From NCBI GenBank assembly GCA_963721305.1, contig CAVRIR010000003.1, forward strand, positions 600,884 to 664,883: a DNA stretch of 64,000 bases. The letters are read 5' to 3'. The notes beneath the pieces are model-generated. The model did not search any database. It was not told the origin of the DNA and saw nothing but the letters and a program-made list of their open reading frames with translations. The stretch is from an uncultured Acidimicrobiia bacterium (GTDB lineage Bacteria; Actinomycetota; Acidimicrobiia; Acidimicrobiales; JACDCH01). A program made the translations under genes and the position numbers. Shown here in pieces: positions 37,902 to 48,010 of the stretch. How positions within the stretch are numbered: position 1 is the first letter of the stretch; every line of letters starts with the position of its first letter.

Positions 37902-40900
37902 CTACGCCGTGGTCCGCAGCAGCTGCCTGATGACCCCCGTGGCGTCGTTCGCCCCCGCGGTGAACTCGTCCGCCGCAGTCTCGTTGCCCACCTCGTCACG
38001 GGCTCGGTCGAGAAGCACATCCACATCGGCTCGCGCGCCGACTCCGAACGCCAAACCGAGAGCAGCGCCCGGGGCTTTCCGCAGTTCGCTCGCCGCTCCC
38101 AGCAGTCGCGCGGCTCCCTGGCCGTCGTGCTCGAGCAATCCGGTCGCGGCGAGACTCTCGAGCGCGAACGCCAGGGCGCGCGGCAACGCGGCCTCGTTCG
38201 CGATCTGAAGCGCGTCGAGTTGACGCGATCGAGCCCGCCCGGCGTCGCCATCGATGCCTGCGGCCCAGCCGAGGATGGTGGCGCAATACGTTGCCGCCTC
38301 GGGGTGGTCGATCTCGCGTGCGGCATCGAGCCCTTCCTGCGCATAGGGGGCGGCGCGGTCGGCCCTTCCAGCGCGCCACTCCGTGATGGCGAGCCCGGTC
38401 AGCGACTCGGAGATACCGCGGACGAATCCGAACTCGCGCGCCCACGCGAGAGGGAGCGCCAGTACGGACCGGGCCCGATCGGCATCGCCCTTCTCGGACA
38501 GTGCCTCGCCGAGCTCGCCGAGCAACAGATTCAAGAATCCACTCAGCCCGAGGTTCTGTGCGATTGTGCAGGCGCGTTCCAGAGCATCGATTGCCCCCGC
38601 GTGGTCGCCTCGAACCGCTGCAAGCCGCGCCGCATACCGCAATGCGAGCGATTCGTGTGCCGACATCGCGTTCGAGGTAAGTAGGTCGAGGCTCGCCTGG
38701 AAGGCATCCTCGGCATCGGTGTAGCGATCTTCGAGGAACGCGAGTCGCCCCGTGGCGAACGCGCGCATCGCGCGGGTCAACGGATCGTCGCCCGCGGCGA
38801 TGAGCCGGTCTTCGGCGTCCGCGACGAGCTCAACTGCCCGCCCAACATCTCCGAGCGTCGAGAACGTGACGGAGATCGCCAGCTCGACGCCGGCGAGTTC
38901 CTCTTCCACCTCGTCCGCCTTGCAGTACAGCGAAACCGCTTCGCGCGACAGTTGCGAGATCTCTTCGAGTGAGCGGCAACAGTCGGGGCTCTGTCGTCGG
39001 AGCTGGCGTGCGCCACCGGCCTCGCCCCATTTCACGAATCCGGGCGCGTCGGCAAAGACTGTCCACGCGAGGACACGGGCCAGCGCGATGTCGCTGACCG
39101 GCCCCGCGCACGACCGGGCAACAGTGAACCAACGCGAGGCTTCGAGTCCGCGTCCGGTAATCCACCAATACCATCCGAGGCCGCCCGCGATGCGGTGTGC
39201 GGTTTCGGCGTCGCCTTCGTCGACGGCGACGTCGAGTGCAGCCCGCAGGTTCGTCAGATTCGAGGCGACAGCGCGCAGCCATCCGCGTTGGCGATACCCG
39301 CGCAGCGCCGCGATGCTGCGCACAGCGAAGTCCGCGTAGTAACGGACATGGGCGGCATAGATCGATTCGGTGTCGCCCAAAGCTTCGAGTCGATCTCGGC
39401 CGTAGTCGACGAGCGTTTGCAGCATGTGACATCGCCCGTATCCGTCGAACTCGTCGGTTTCGACAACGACCAGTGACTTGTCGACGAGCCGCGCGATCAA
39501 CTCGGACACGTCGTCACCTGAGATCTCTTCATCTGCGCACACGACCCGGGCGGCGGCGAGACTGCAGCTTCCGCGAAAGACCGAGAGTCGAATGAACACG
39601 AGCCGCTCGTCGTCGAAGAGCAGGTCGTAGCTCCAGTCGACGACGGCGCGAAGCGTCTGCTGGCGCGGAAGGGCGGTTCGCGCGCCGCGGGTGAGTACGC
39701 GGAATCGATCCTCCAGCCCGGCCGCCAGCTCAACGATCGGCATGGCGCGCATGCGGGCCGCCGCCAGTTCGATCGCGAGTGGCAATCCATCGAGCCGGCC
39801 GCAGATGTCTTCCAGCGTGTGCCTCATCTGCGGCGACTCGTCGCTCACGTCTGATACGGGGTCCACCGCGCGGCCGCGCTCGACGAACAGAGCGATCGCG
39901 TCGTCGAGCGCCAACGGCGGCACCGTCCACAGCACTTCGCCTGGGATCGCCATTCCTTCGCGACTCGTCGCCAGGATCCGAAGTCCCGGACACGACTCGA
40001 GCAGGTCCTGTGCCAGGACTGCAGCCGTAGCCACGAGGTGCTCACAGTTGTCGAGAACTATGAGCACGGCCTTGCCGCTCAGGTACTCCACCAGGCGCGG
40101 CACGTCGGTGTTGTCAGGGCCGCCTCGCGGCAAGTCGATCGCGTTCATGATCGCCGGCACGATCTCGTTTCCATCGCTGACGGCGGCGAGCTCGACCATC
40201 CAGACCTCGGCACCGCCGGAAGCGACGCGCTCGCGCGCGGCTTCCTGCGCAAGCCGAGACTTGCCGACACCGCCCGGTCCGACGAGCGTGACGAGGCGAC
40301 TCTCCTCCAGCACAGGCTTCAGAGCCGAAATCTCCGGGTGTCGGCCGACCAGCGTTGTCAAGGGCGTGCGCAGATTCGTCGTCGGACGACCCGTCGATGC
40401 AGGACCGCGCCCGAGAACGACATGGTCCTGCTGCAGGATGGCCGTCTCGAGCGCCCGTAGCTCGGCCGATGGCTCGAGACCGAGCTCTTCGCCGAGTACG
40501 TCGCGGGCGGCTTGATAAGCGCGCAACGCCTCGGCCTGGCGACCACACCGCGACAATGCCAACATCAGTTGCGCTCGGAAGTGCTCTCGCAACGGATGCG
40601 CGCCAACGAGCTGTTCCAGCTCGCCGATCAATGACGTATCGCGACCAAGGGCGAGGTCGGCGTCGATGCGCGCCTCGATGGCGACGAGGCGCGCTTCGGT
40701 GAGTCGCACGATCTCCTGCTGCGCGAAGTCCTCGTATGTCACGTCGGCGACTGGGTCGCCTCGCCACAGCGCGAGCGCCTCGTCGAGGAAGGCACGCGCG
40801 CGCACCGGATCGCCGGCGTGCATCGCGTCGTAGCCGCGCGCGGCGAGCGCGTCGAAACAGAAGATGTCGACCGATGCGCGGTCGATGGAAAGGGCGTACC

Positions 40901-41156
40901 CGCTCCCGCGCCTCGCGATCACGTCTGGCGCGTCGAGGACGCTTCGTAGCCGCGATACCTGTCGCTGGAGGGCGTTGGCCGACTGTTGCGGTGGGTCCGC
41001 ACCCCAGATCGCGTCGATCAATGCATCATCGGTGACAACCTCGCCGCATCGAAGCGCGAGGGCCGTGAGCAAGATCGCAACGCGCCGGCCCGCGACGGCG
41101 ATCCGCTCGCCACCGGCATCGACTACTTCGAGAGATCCCAGCAGCCCGATCTCCAC
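37902..41156 (-). CDS. AfsR/SARP-family regulator: OmpR-type wHTH + BTAD + NB-ARC/STAND ATPase + TPR-like C-terminus
   Basis: GTG 41156. LLGSLEV...ALLTALALR..VVTDDALIDAIWG; BTAD (ALALWRGDP...FAQQEIVRLTEARL...AYQAARDVLGEELGLEPS); Walker A GPGGVGKS; about 600 aa of helical repeats. Confidence 0.85.
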   Translation of the reverse strand: MEIGLLGSLEVVDAGGERIAVAGRRVAILLTALALRCGEVVTDDALIDAIWGADPPQQSANALQRQVSRLRSVLDAPDVIARRGSGYALSIDRASVDIFCFDALAARGYDAMHAGDPVRARAFLDEALALWRGDPVADVTYEDFAQQEIVRLTEARLVAIEARIDADLALGRDTSLIGELEQLVGAHPLREHFRAQLMLALSRCGRQAEALRAYQAARDVLGEELGLEPSAELRALETAILQQDHVVLGRGPASTGRPTTNLRTPLTTLVGRHPEISALKPVLEESRLVTLVGPGGVGKSRLAQEAARERVASGGAEVWMVELAAVSDGNEIVPAIMNAIDLPRGGPDNTDVPRLVEYLSGKAVLIVLDNCEHLVATAAVLAQDLLESCPGLRILATSREGMAIPGEVLWTVPPLALDDAIALFVERGRAVDPVSDVSDESPQMRHTLEDICGRLDGLPLAIELAAARMRAMPIVELAAGLEDRFRVLTRGARTALPRQQTLRAVVDWSYDLLFDDERLVFIRLSVFRGSCSLAAARVVCADEEISGDDVSELIARLVDKSLVVVETDEFDGYGRCHMLQTLVDYGRDRLEALGDTESIYAAHVRYYADFAVRSIAALRGYRQRGWLRAVASNLTNLRAALDVAVDEGDAETAHRIAGGLGWYWWITGRGLEASRWFTVARSCAGPVSDIALARVLAWTVFADAPGFVKWGEAGGARQLRRQSPDCCRSLEEISQLSREAVSLYCKADEVEEELAGVELAISVTFSTLGDVGRAVELVADAEDRLIAAGDDPLTRAMRAFATGRLAFLEDRYTDAEDAFQASLDLLTSNAMSAHESLALRYAARLAAVRGDHAGAIDALERACTIAQNLGLSGFLNLLLGELGEALSEKGDADRARSVLALPLAWAREFGFVRGISESLTGLAITEWRAGRADRAAPYAQEGLDAAREIDHPEAATYCATILGWAAGIDGDAGRARSRQLDALQIANEAALPRALAFALESLAATGLLEHDGQGAARLLGAASELRKAPGAALGLAFGVGARADVDVLLDRARDEVGNETAADEFTAGANDATGVIRQLLRTTA

Positions 41157-41206
41157 GCCCCGAGGATACGCACTGGTCCCTTCGCGAGGGTGAAGCGCCG
41201 CGTTTG

Positions 41207-42133
41207 TCAGACGATCTTCGGTATGACCTCGGCCGCGAGCCTTTCCATCTGATCGGCGATGTCGAACAGCGGGTTCACGAGGATCAACTCGGCGCCGGCG
41301 TCCGCGACCTGCTGCAGCCCGGCCACGCAATCGCTGGCTGTACCCGTCACCGCTACGGGCAGAAGCGTTCGACCGAGCTCACCGTAGAAATCGGTCAAGG
41401 CGTCCGACATTCGTTGGCGCGCTTGTCGCGGATCGTCATCGACGGCGACGTAGACGCGTTTGGCGATCCGAAACATTTCCGCGTCCAGCCCCGATTCAAC
41501 GAGCATCGACCGCACCGTGCGGACCTGCTCGGTGAAGCTCGCGGTGGTCGACGAGCCCGCGCCGAAGAATCCGTCGCCGAGTTGAATGGCGCGACGCAGT
41601 GCGGCGGGATGGCTGCCGCCGAACCACAGCGGTGGGTAGGGCTTTTGGAACGGCTTGGGCTCCATGGTCGCGGCGTCCAACTGCCAGAACCGTCCCGCCA
41701 CCGCAGCTTCGGGTTCGGTCCAGAGCGCCTTCATCACGTCGATTCCTTCGACGAACCGCGTCACGAGATGGTCGTCGGGATCGACACCGAATGCCGAGAA
41801 CATGCGATTCCGTCCGCCGATCCCGACTCCGACCTCGAGTCGTCCGCGGCTGAGTTGGTCCAGCGTGGCGATGCTCTTGGCGAGATGAACCGGGCTGTGC
41901 AGTGGTGTCACGAACACGGAGCATCCCAGCCGAATCTCATCGGTCAGCGCGGCCGCATACGCCATGATCTCGAGTGGGCTGGGATGAGGAATGCGGCCGA
42001 GCACCTGTTCGGTGATCCAGGCGCTCTCGAAACCGAGCTGTTCGGCACGTCTCAGGTAATCGCGGAACTCCTTCGGACGGAAGGAACCGTCGGGGAGATG
42101 CTGCGGAAGGGGAATCGCGTACCGGGTCATCAC
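41207..42133 (-). CDS. LLM-class (luciferase-like) probable F420-dependent oxidoreductase
   Basis: 308 aa; GFESAWITEQ...RLEVGVGIGG...LWFGGS pattern. Confidence 0.8.
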   Translation of the reverse strand: MMTRYAIPLPQHLPDGSFRPKEFRDYLRRAEQLGFESAWITEQVLGRIPHPSPLEIMAYAAALTDEIRLGCSVFVTPLHSPVHLAKSIATLDQLSRGRLEVGVGIGGRNRMFSAFGVDPDDHLVTRFVEGIDVMKALWTEPEAAVAGRFWQLDAATMEPKPFQKPYPPLWFGGSHPAALRRAIQLGDGFFGAGSSTTASFTEQVRTVRSMLVESGLDAEMFRIAKRVYVAVDDDPRQARQRMSDALTDFYGELGRTLLPVAVTGTASDCVAGLQQVADAGAELILVNPLFDIADQMERLAAEVIPKIV

Positions 42134-42336
42134 GTTGCCTGTTCTGACGATGTTCGAAGGGGCGGCGCGGTGGGCGCGGCCATCACGATCGGTGGACTCG
42201 GCTTCGATTTGGGGCTGCTGGCGACGACGGCGTGCCGGGCGCGTGGCGTGGCGCCTCCGTGTTCATCCGCGACCGCGGGAAACCTCGTGGACACCGGTCA
42301 CTATCCAACCTGGCGTCGCGCGAGCCCGTGGTGCAG

Positions 42337-42963
42337 CTAGACAGCCGCCTTCGTCCGTGAACGACCATTCTTCGCGGCGGTGAGCGTCGAGCTCTGCAGC
42401 TGCTCGACCGCCGCGCAGAGAGCGTCGATCTTGTCCTCGAGTCGTCGGACGTCCTTGTCGCGCTTCTTCGACTTCTCGCCCGGACCGTTCGTCGCGTCAT
42501 GCTCGGCCTTGACGGCGAGATAGCAGGCGCGCAGTCGACGGCCGGTGTCGCGTTCCTCGGCGATGTAGCGACCCAGCAGCTCGCCCGTCTGGATGTCGAT
42601 CGAATGATCGGCGAAGAACTGGTCGAACACGTCGGGTCCGGTCTTGCCTGCGTCTTCGGCGATGCGGGCGACGCCGAGGAAGTGCATCTTGTCGTAGTCG
42701 CTGATCTCGGTCGAACAGGCGCACGCGAGCCGCTCGGCCCGCTTCGGATCGTCGGCCTTCGGGCGCAGGTTGTATCCGAGCTCGTTGATCCGCTTGGCGA
42801 ACGCCATGCCGTGCTCACCTTCACGCGCCGCGACGGTGAGGAGCGTGGCTTTCACGCCATCATGGGGAGTCACCGCCGCCCAGGCAGTGAGGTACTCGTG
42901 TGCTTCGGTCTCGGCCAGGGACACAGCGTTCAGGAGCCCGAGGTAGGACGGCTTGTCAGACAT
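42337..42963 (-). CDS. hypothetical protein, possibly ferritin-like four-helix bundle
   Basis: ATG 42963 (MSDKPSYLGLLNAVSLAETEAHEYL...AAREGEHGMAFAKRI...). Lys/Arg-rich coiled tail. Family assignment is weak. Confidence 0.45.
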   Translation of the reverse strand: MSDKPSYLGLLNAVSLAETEAHEYLTAWAAVTPHDGVKATLLTVAAREGEHGMAFAKRINELGYNLRPKADDPKRAERLACACSTEISDYDKMHFLGVARIAEDAGKTGPDVFDQFFADHSIDIQTGELLGRYIAEERDTGRRLRACYLAVKAEHDATNGPGEKSKKRDKDVRRLEDKIDALCAAVEQLQSSTLTAAKNGRSRTKAAV

Positions 42964-43116
42964 GTGGTTCTCCCATCGATCCGATATGCACAGTCTGACA
43001 GACGCCTGATGTCGGCGTTTTCGGGCCGAGATCGCGGCGCAGACCTCAACCCGCAAGGGCGAATGGCCGAGGTAGCACGGGTGACGGGCGAGGGGCGGAG
43101 CGCGACCGTGCGCGCG

Positions 43117-44529
43117 ATGTCTCTCGGGCGGCGCTTTCTCGCGTCACGGGCCCGCCGTCGGTGGGCGCTGGTGGTCGTCGTCGCCCTTGCGGTGCCACTG
43201 CTGTTGGCGCCGTGGCGATCCGGGCGCCCCCGTGACCAGGTGCAGATCTTCGGCGCGACGTCAGCCGGCCCGATCGCCCCCGTCACGCCCGATCCGTGCG
43301 GGGCGCCCGACCACTGGGTCGGCGCGTGGATGGCTGCGCCGCAGGACTCGACCACCTTCGTGCCCCCTCGTACGCCCGACGGCGACAAGACCCCGGACGC
43401 GACCCAGGTCACCGCTCCGGTGTCGTTCAAGAACCAGTCCTTCCGCATGATCGTGACCCCGAACTTCGGGGGCTCCGAGATGCGGGTTCGGCTGTCCAAC
43501 CGGTTCGGCACCCGCCCGGTGACCTTCACCGCCGTGCACGTCGCACGCCGCCTCGACGGCGCGACCATCGTCCCTTCGACGGACCACGTCGCCACGTTCA
43601 ACGGCGCGCTGGCGGTCACGGTGGCCCCGGGGACGATGGTGGTCAGCGATCCGGTCGCGCTCGGCGTCGACGCGTTCCAGGACCTGGCGATCAGCTTCTA
43701 TGTCACGGGGAAGACGTCGCTCGACGTCCACCTCGACGCGTTGCAGACGCAGTACCTGACGTCGCCGGGTGCCGGTGACCACACTGCCGACACCGACGGC
43801 GACAGCTTCGATCAGTCCGTCCTCAGCTGGCTCGCCGTCGACGGTGTCGACGTCCTCGCACCGTCCAACGTGAGCGCGGTGGCGGTCCTCGGTGACTCGC
43901 TGACCGACGGCCTCGGTTCGACCGCGGACGCGGATGCACGCTGGACGGACGATCTCGCGCGCCGGGCGCTCGCCACCGGTCAACCGATCTCCGTGCTCAA
44001 CGCGGGCATCAGCGGCGACCAGGTCACACACGACAACATCGGACGGGCCGACATGGTCAACGGCGCCGGTCTGAGCGCGGTGGATCGCCTCGACCTCGAC
44101 GCACTCGAGCAGTCGGGAGTCCGCACCGTGGTGGTGTTCGTCGGCATCAACGATCTGCTCGCCCCGACGGGCGTGGATCCGGCACATGCCGTGATCAAGG
44201 GCTACCAAGCGATGATCGCCGAGGCGCACGCGCACGGGATCCGCGTGGTCGGCGCGACCCTCACGCCGGCGGCACAAACGGGTGTCGTCGAAGGGTGGCG
44301 GCGCTCGATCAACACCTGGGTCCGGACGAGCGGGCGGTTCGACTCGGTCATCGACCTCGATGCCGCGGTCCGCGATCCGCACCAACCGAGCCGCATCGCC
44401 CCGGGGCTCACGGACGAGGTGTTGCACCTCAACGACAGGGGCTACCGAGCGCTGGCCGGATCGATCGATCTCCACGGGCTGTTTGACCCGTCCGCGCTCG
44501 AGTGCGGGAGTACGATCCCGACGTCCTAG
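43117..44529 (+). CDS. secreted SGNH/GDSL hydrolase family protein
   Basis: ATG 43117 with a signal-like WALVVVVALAVPLLLAP. VAVLGDSLTDG (block I Ser), NAGISGD, VFVGINDL, and an HLNDRGY tail. Confidence 0.8.
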   Translation: MSLGRRFLASRARRRWALVVVVALAVPLLLAPWRSGRPRDQVQIFGATSAGPIAPVTPDPCGAPDHWVGAWMAAPQDSTTFVPPRTPDGDKTPDATQVTAPVSFKNQSFRMIVTPNFGGSEMRVRLSNRFGTRPVTFTAVHVARRLDGATIVPSTDHVATFNGALAVTVAPGTMVVSDPVALGVDAFQDLAISFYVTGKTSLDVHLDALQTQYLTSPGAGDHTADTDGDSFDQSVLSWLAVDGVDVLAPSNVSAVAVLGDSLTDGLGSTADADARWTDDLARRALATGQPISVLNAGISGDQVTHDNIGRADMVNGAGLSAVDRLDLDALEQSGVRTVVVFVGINDLLAPTGVDPAHAVIKGYQAMIAEAHAHGIRVVGATLTPAAQTGVVEGWRRSINTWVRTSGRFDSVIDLDAAVRDPHQPSRIAPGLTDEVLHLNDRGYRALAGSIDLHGLFDPSALECGSTIPTS

Positions 44530-44551
44530 GACACCGGACTCGGGGGTGACC

Positions 44552-46303
44552 GTGCATCAACGCTCGTCGCGGCGAACACTTCGCCGTATCTGTGTACTGC
44601 TCTTCGTTTGCGTGCTCGTCGTGGCCGCGTGCAGCAGCAAGAAGTCCACGTCGTCAGGTGGTACGAGCGCGGGGTCGTCGAGCGACACCACCAAGCCCGT
44701 GTACGGAGGGAGCGTGGTGTACGCGGAGGACGCGGAGGACGCCGGCGGGCTGTGCCTGCCCGAGGCGCAGTTGGACGCGGCCGGCATCAATTACGCCCGA
44801 ACGATCTACGACACGCTGACGGTTCCCAACGCGCAGGGCCAGTTCGTGCCGTTCCTCGCCCAGTCGGTGGCGAAGAACTCTGATGCCACGGTGTGGACGA
44901 TCGTCCTGCGTCAGGGCATCAAGTTCCACGACGGCTCGCCGCTGACCGCGACGGTCGTCAAGAACAACCTCGACGCGTACCGTGGCGCGTATCCGACGCG
45001 GCACCCGATCCTGTTCGGCTTGGTGTTCGGCCCGTACATCAAGGACGTGACTGCAGACGACGCCACCTCCACGGTGACGGTGACGGTCGACGGCGACCCG
45101 GTCACGCCGGGCAACCAGGGTTGGCAGACATTCGACTCGTACCTGTGGTCGAGCGGGCGGCTCGGCATCATGGGCCAGGCACAGCTCGACGACGTCGGCG
45201 GCTGCGCGAAGAACCTGATCGGCACCGGTCCGTTCAAGCTCAAGGAGTGGGTCATCAACGACCACTTCACCGCGGTGAAGAACCCTGACTACTGGGGCAC
45301 CGATCCGGCCAACGGCAACAAGCTGCCGTATCTCGATCAGATCACGTTCAAGCCCGTGCCCGACGGTCAGCAGCGCCTCAACGGGCTCGAGAGCGGCCAG
45401 TTCCAGTTGATGTACACGACGAGCAACATCGTCCAACAACAGCTCCGCGGACTCGCGCAGAAGGGCACGATCAACAACCAAGAGGCGAGCAAGTACACGA
45501 CGACGAGCCACCTGATGTTGTGCACCGCGCCACCGACGGACACCACGTGTCCCGGGAGCCCGTTCGCGAACATGCACGCGCGACTCGCGGTCGCGTACGC
45601 GCTCGATCGAACGACGATCAACCAGGTCCGCGCGAAAGGCATCACGCAGATCGCGAGCGGTCCGTTCCCACCGGGCACCATGGGCTACCTCCAGGACGCC
45701 GGCTTCCCGCAGTTCGACCTGCAGAAGGCGAAGGACGAGGTGGCCGCCTACAAGACCGACACCGGCAAGGACCTGACGTTCACCTACGGCGGCACGCCCG
45801 ACCCCGAGGGTGTCGAGACGCAGAACTTCATCAAGAGCATGTTCGAGGCCGCAGGCATGAAGGTCTCGACGTACACGGTGGAGCAGACGCAGTACATCAA
45901 TGTGGCTGTCGCGCGGAACTACCAGATGTACGGCTGGAACAACTTCGGCGGCAGTGACCCCGACGGCCTGTTCGTCTGGTGGCACTGCGGCAACAGCGAT
46001 GCGTCGCCCGCCGCTTGTGACAACCTCGTCAACTTCGGCGGTTTCAACGACCCGATCATCAACAGCGATCTCGAGAAGGGGCGCGTCGAGCCCGATCCGA
46101 CGAAGCGCGCCGGCTACTACGAGGACATCAACCGCGAGTTCTCCAAGCAGCTCTACAACCTGTGGATCGACTGGACGAACTGGGCGATCGGGAGCTCACC
46201 GAAGGTGCACGGGATCATCGGCCCGCAACTTCCGGACGGGAGCAAACCGGACTCCACCGTCGCCACCGGCTTCCCGGTCAGTGCGATCTTCGTGACTCCC
46301 TAG
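44552..46303 (+). CDS. ABC transporter substrate-binding lipoprotein, family 5 (peptide/nickel type), orphan
   Basis: GTG 44552; lipobox VVAACSS. LAQSVAKNSDATVWTIVLRQGIKFHDGSPLTA is typical of SBP_bac_5. No permease or ATPase genes are adjacent. Confidence 0.85.
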   Translation: MHQRSSRRTLRRICVLLFVCVLVVAACSSKKSTSSGGTSAGSSSDTTKPVYGGSVVYAEDAEDAGGLCLPEAQLDAAGINYARTIYDTLTVPNAQGQFVPFLAQSVAKNSDATVWTIVLRQGIKFHDGSPLTATVVKNNLDAYRGAYPTRHPILFGLVFGPYIKDVTADDATSTVTVTVDGDPVTPGNQGWQTFDSYLWSSGRLGIMGQAQLDDVGGCAKNLIGTGPFKLKEWVINDHFTAVKNPDYWGTDPANGNKLPYLDQITFKPVPDGQQRLNGLESGQFQLMYTTSNIVQQQLRGLAQKGTINNQEASKYTTTSHLMLCTAPPTDTTCPGSPFANMHARLAVAYALDRTTINQVRAKGITQIASGPFPPGTMGYLQDAGFPQFDLQKAKDEVAAYKTDTGKDLTFTYGGTPDPEGVETQNFIKSMFEAAGMKVSTYTVEQTQYINVAVARNYQMYGWNNFGGSDPDGLFVWWHCGNSDASPAACDNLVNFGGFNDPIINSDLEKGRVEPDPTKRAGYYEDINREFSKQLYNLWIDWTNWAIGSSPKVHGIIGPQLPDGSKPDSTVATGFPVSAIFVTP

Positions 46304-46315
46304 AGGCCGCGGCGC

Positions 46316-47311
46316 TCAGGGCGTCAGGGTGACCTTGATGGCACCCGTCGTCTTGTCGCCGGCGGTCTCGAACGCCGCTGACACCTCGTCGAGCGGGAAT
46401 TGGTGCGTGGTCAGCGCGCGCAGCTCGTCCTGCCACCTGCCGGTCAGCCGCGCCGCGGTCGCGAACTCGGTCTCCCGCTCACCGCTGCCGTAACAGAACG
46501 AGCCGAGGAGCGCGACCTCCTTCATCATGAGTCGCTGCAGGTCGACCGGCTTCGGACCGTTGAACGTGCCGAGCAGCACCAGGCGCCCGCCGCGACCGAT
46601 CACGCGGATCGCGTCGGCGACCGTGTCGGCCGCGCCGCCGACGCTTTCGATGACGACGTCCGGTCGATGCTCCTTGCCCCACGGGATCGCGTCGGTCTCG
46701 TCGAGCACCGTGACACCGAGTCGCTCCGCCGCGGCGCGCTGGTGGGGATGGCGAGCGGTGATCGCAACGCGCGCGGCGCGGTCACGCGCGGCCAGTGCCG
46801 CGCACAGCCCGATTGCGCCCGCGCCCAGAACGAGAACCGAGCTGTCCGGTTCGATCGCGGCGCGACCGACGCCGCGCACCGCAACTGCGAGCGGCTCGGT
46901 GAGCGACGCCGTCACCGCGTCGACGCCATCGGGAACCGCGGCGAGGTTCACGGCGGGCGCGTCGATCAGCTCCGCGAGGCCCCCGTTGCGCCCGAGCCCG
47001 AGTCCGTAGCCGCCTCGATTGCACAGGTTGCTTCGACCGCTCAGGCAGAACGTGCAGGTACCGCAGGCGACGTTCGGCGACACCGCATAGCGCGCATCGG
47101 CAAGACCCGACGGCCCGTCGACGATCGTGCCGGAGAGCTCGTGGCCCGGTGATGTGCCGGTCGCTCGCGGCAACGCGCCGTGCCACATGTGCAGGTCCGA
47201 GCCGCAGATGCCGCACGCCTCGACGCTCAACCGGACCCAACCGGGTTCGAGCGGACGCGGCTCGTCGTCCACCACCTCGAGACCATCCGCGCTCCACACC
47301 GCACGTCGCAT
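46316..47311 (-). CDS. zinc-dependent alcohol dehydrogenase family protein
   Basis: ATG 47311; CGICGSDLH, GHELSG, CGTCTFCLSGRSNLC, VLGAGAIG. It is only the C-terminal third of the 923-aa ORF. Confidence 0.85.
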   Translation of the reverse strand: MRRAVWSADGLEVVDDEPRPLEPGWVRLSVEACGICGSDLHMWHGALPRATGTSPGHELSGTIVDGPSGLADARYAVSPNVACGTCTFCLSGRSNLCNRGGYGLGLGRNGGLAELIDAPAVNLAAVPDGVDAVTASLTEPLAVAVRGVGRAAIEPDSSVLVLGAGAIGLCAALAARDRAARVAITARHPHQRAAAERLGVTVLDETDAIPWGKEHRPDVVIESVGGAADTVADAIRVIGRGGRLVLLGTFNGPKPVDLQRLMMKEVALLGSFCYGSGERETEFATAARLTGRWQDELRALTTHQFPLDEVSAAFETAGDKTTGAIKVTLTP

Positions 47312-47356
47312 CCGTTCACCGTACGCCCGGTTGACATGACTCGATAGCTTCTCGGG

Positions 47357-48001
47357 GTGGCATTCCGGGGATGGCCTTCCGAGGCGATCGAGTTCTTCGA
47401 CGGCCTCGAGGCCGACAACTCGAAGGCGTACTGGCAAGCGCACAAGTCGGAGTACGAGAGCCTGGTGCAACGGCCGATGGCCGAGCTGCTGGCCGACCTC
47501 GAGCCCGAGTTCGGCGAGGGTCGCATCTTCCGGCCCTACCGCGACGTGCGGTTCAGTCGTGACAAGTCGCCGTACAAGACGAACATCGCCGCGACACTGG
47601 CCGGTGGCGGCTACGTGAGCTTCTCGGCCGACGGGCTCGGCGCCGGGACGGGTTACTACATGATGGCGACTGATCAGCTCGATCGGTTCCGCCGTGCGAT
47701 CGACGACGATCGCACGGGCATCGAGCTCGAGAAGCTCGTGAAGGCACTGCAGAAGGCGCACATCGAAGTGACTGCGCACGACTCGCTCAAGACCGCACCG
47801 AAGGGCTATGCGAAGGACCATCCGCGGATCGAGCTGTTGCGGCAGAAGGGCCTTGTCGCGTGGAAGCAATGGCCGGTCGGCGCGTGGCTCGGCACCGCGC
47901 AAGCCCGGAAGCGCACCGTCGATCTCCTTCACGCCGCGAAGCCGATGTGCAACTGGCTCGACACGCATGTCGGGCCGAGCACCGAACCCGCCTACCGCTG
48001 A
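47357..48001 (+). CDS. DUF2461 (TIGR02453) family protein
   Basis: FFDGLEADNSKAYWQAHKSEYE...IFRPYRDVRFSRDKSPYKT. Confidence 0.8.
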   Translation: MAFRGWPSEAIEFFDGLEADNSKAYWQAHKSEYESLVQRPMAELLADLEPEFGEGRIFRPYRDVRFSRDKSPYKTNIAATLAGGGYVSFSADGLGAGTGYYMMATDQLDRFRRAIDDDRTGIELEKLVKALQKAHIEVTAHDSLKTAPKGYAKDHPRIELLRQKGLVAWKQWPVGAWLGTAQARKRTVDLLHAAKPMCNWLDTHVGPSTEPAYR

Positions 48002-48010
48002 TCGACCGCG

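Noticed and set aside
42499-43116. N-terminal 200-aa extension of the SGNH hydrolase ORF
   Set aside because: It is antisense to the ferritin-like gene. The signal-peptide-bearing start at 43117 gives a normal secreted hydrolase.
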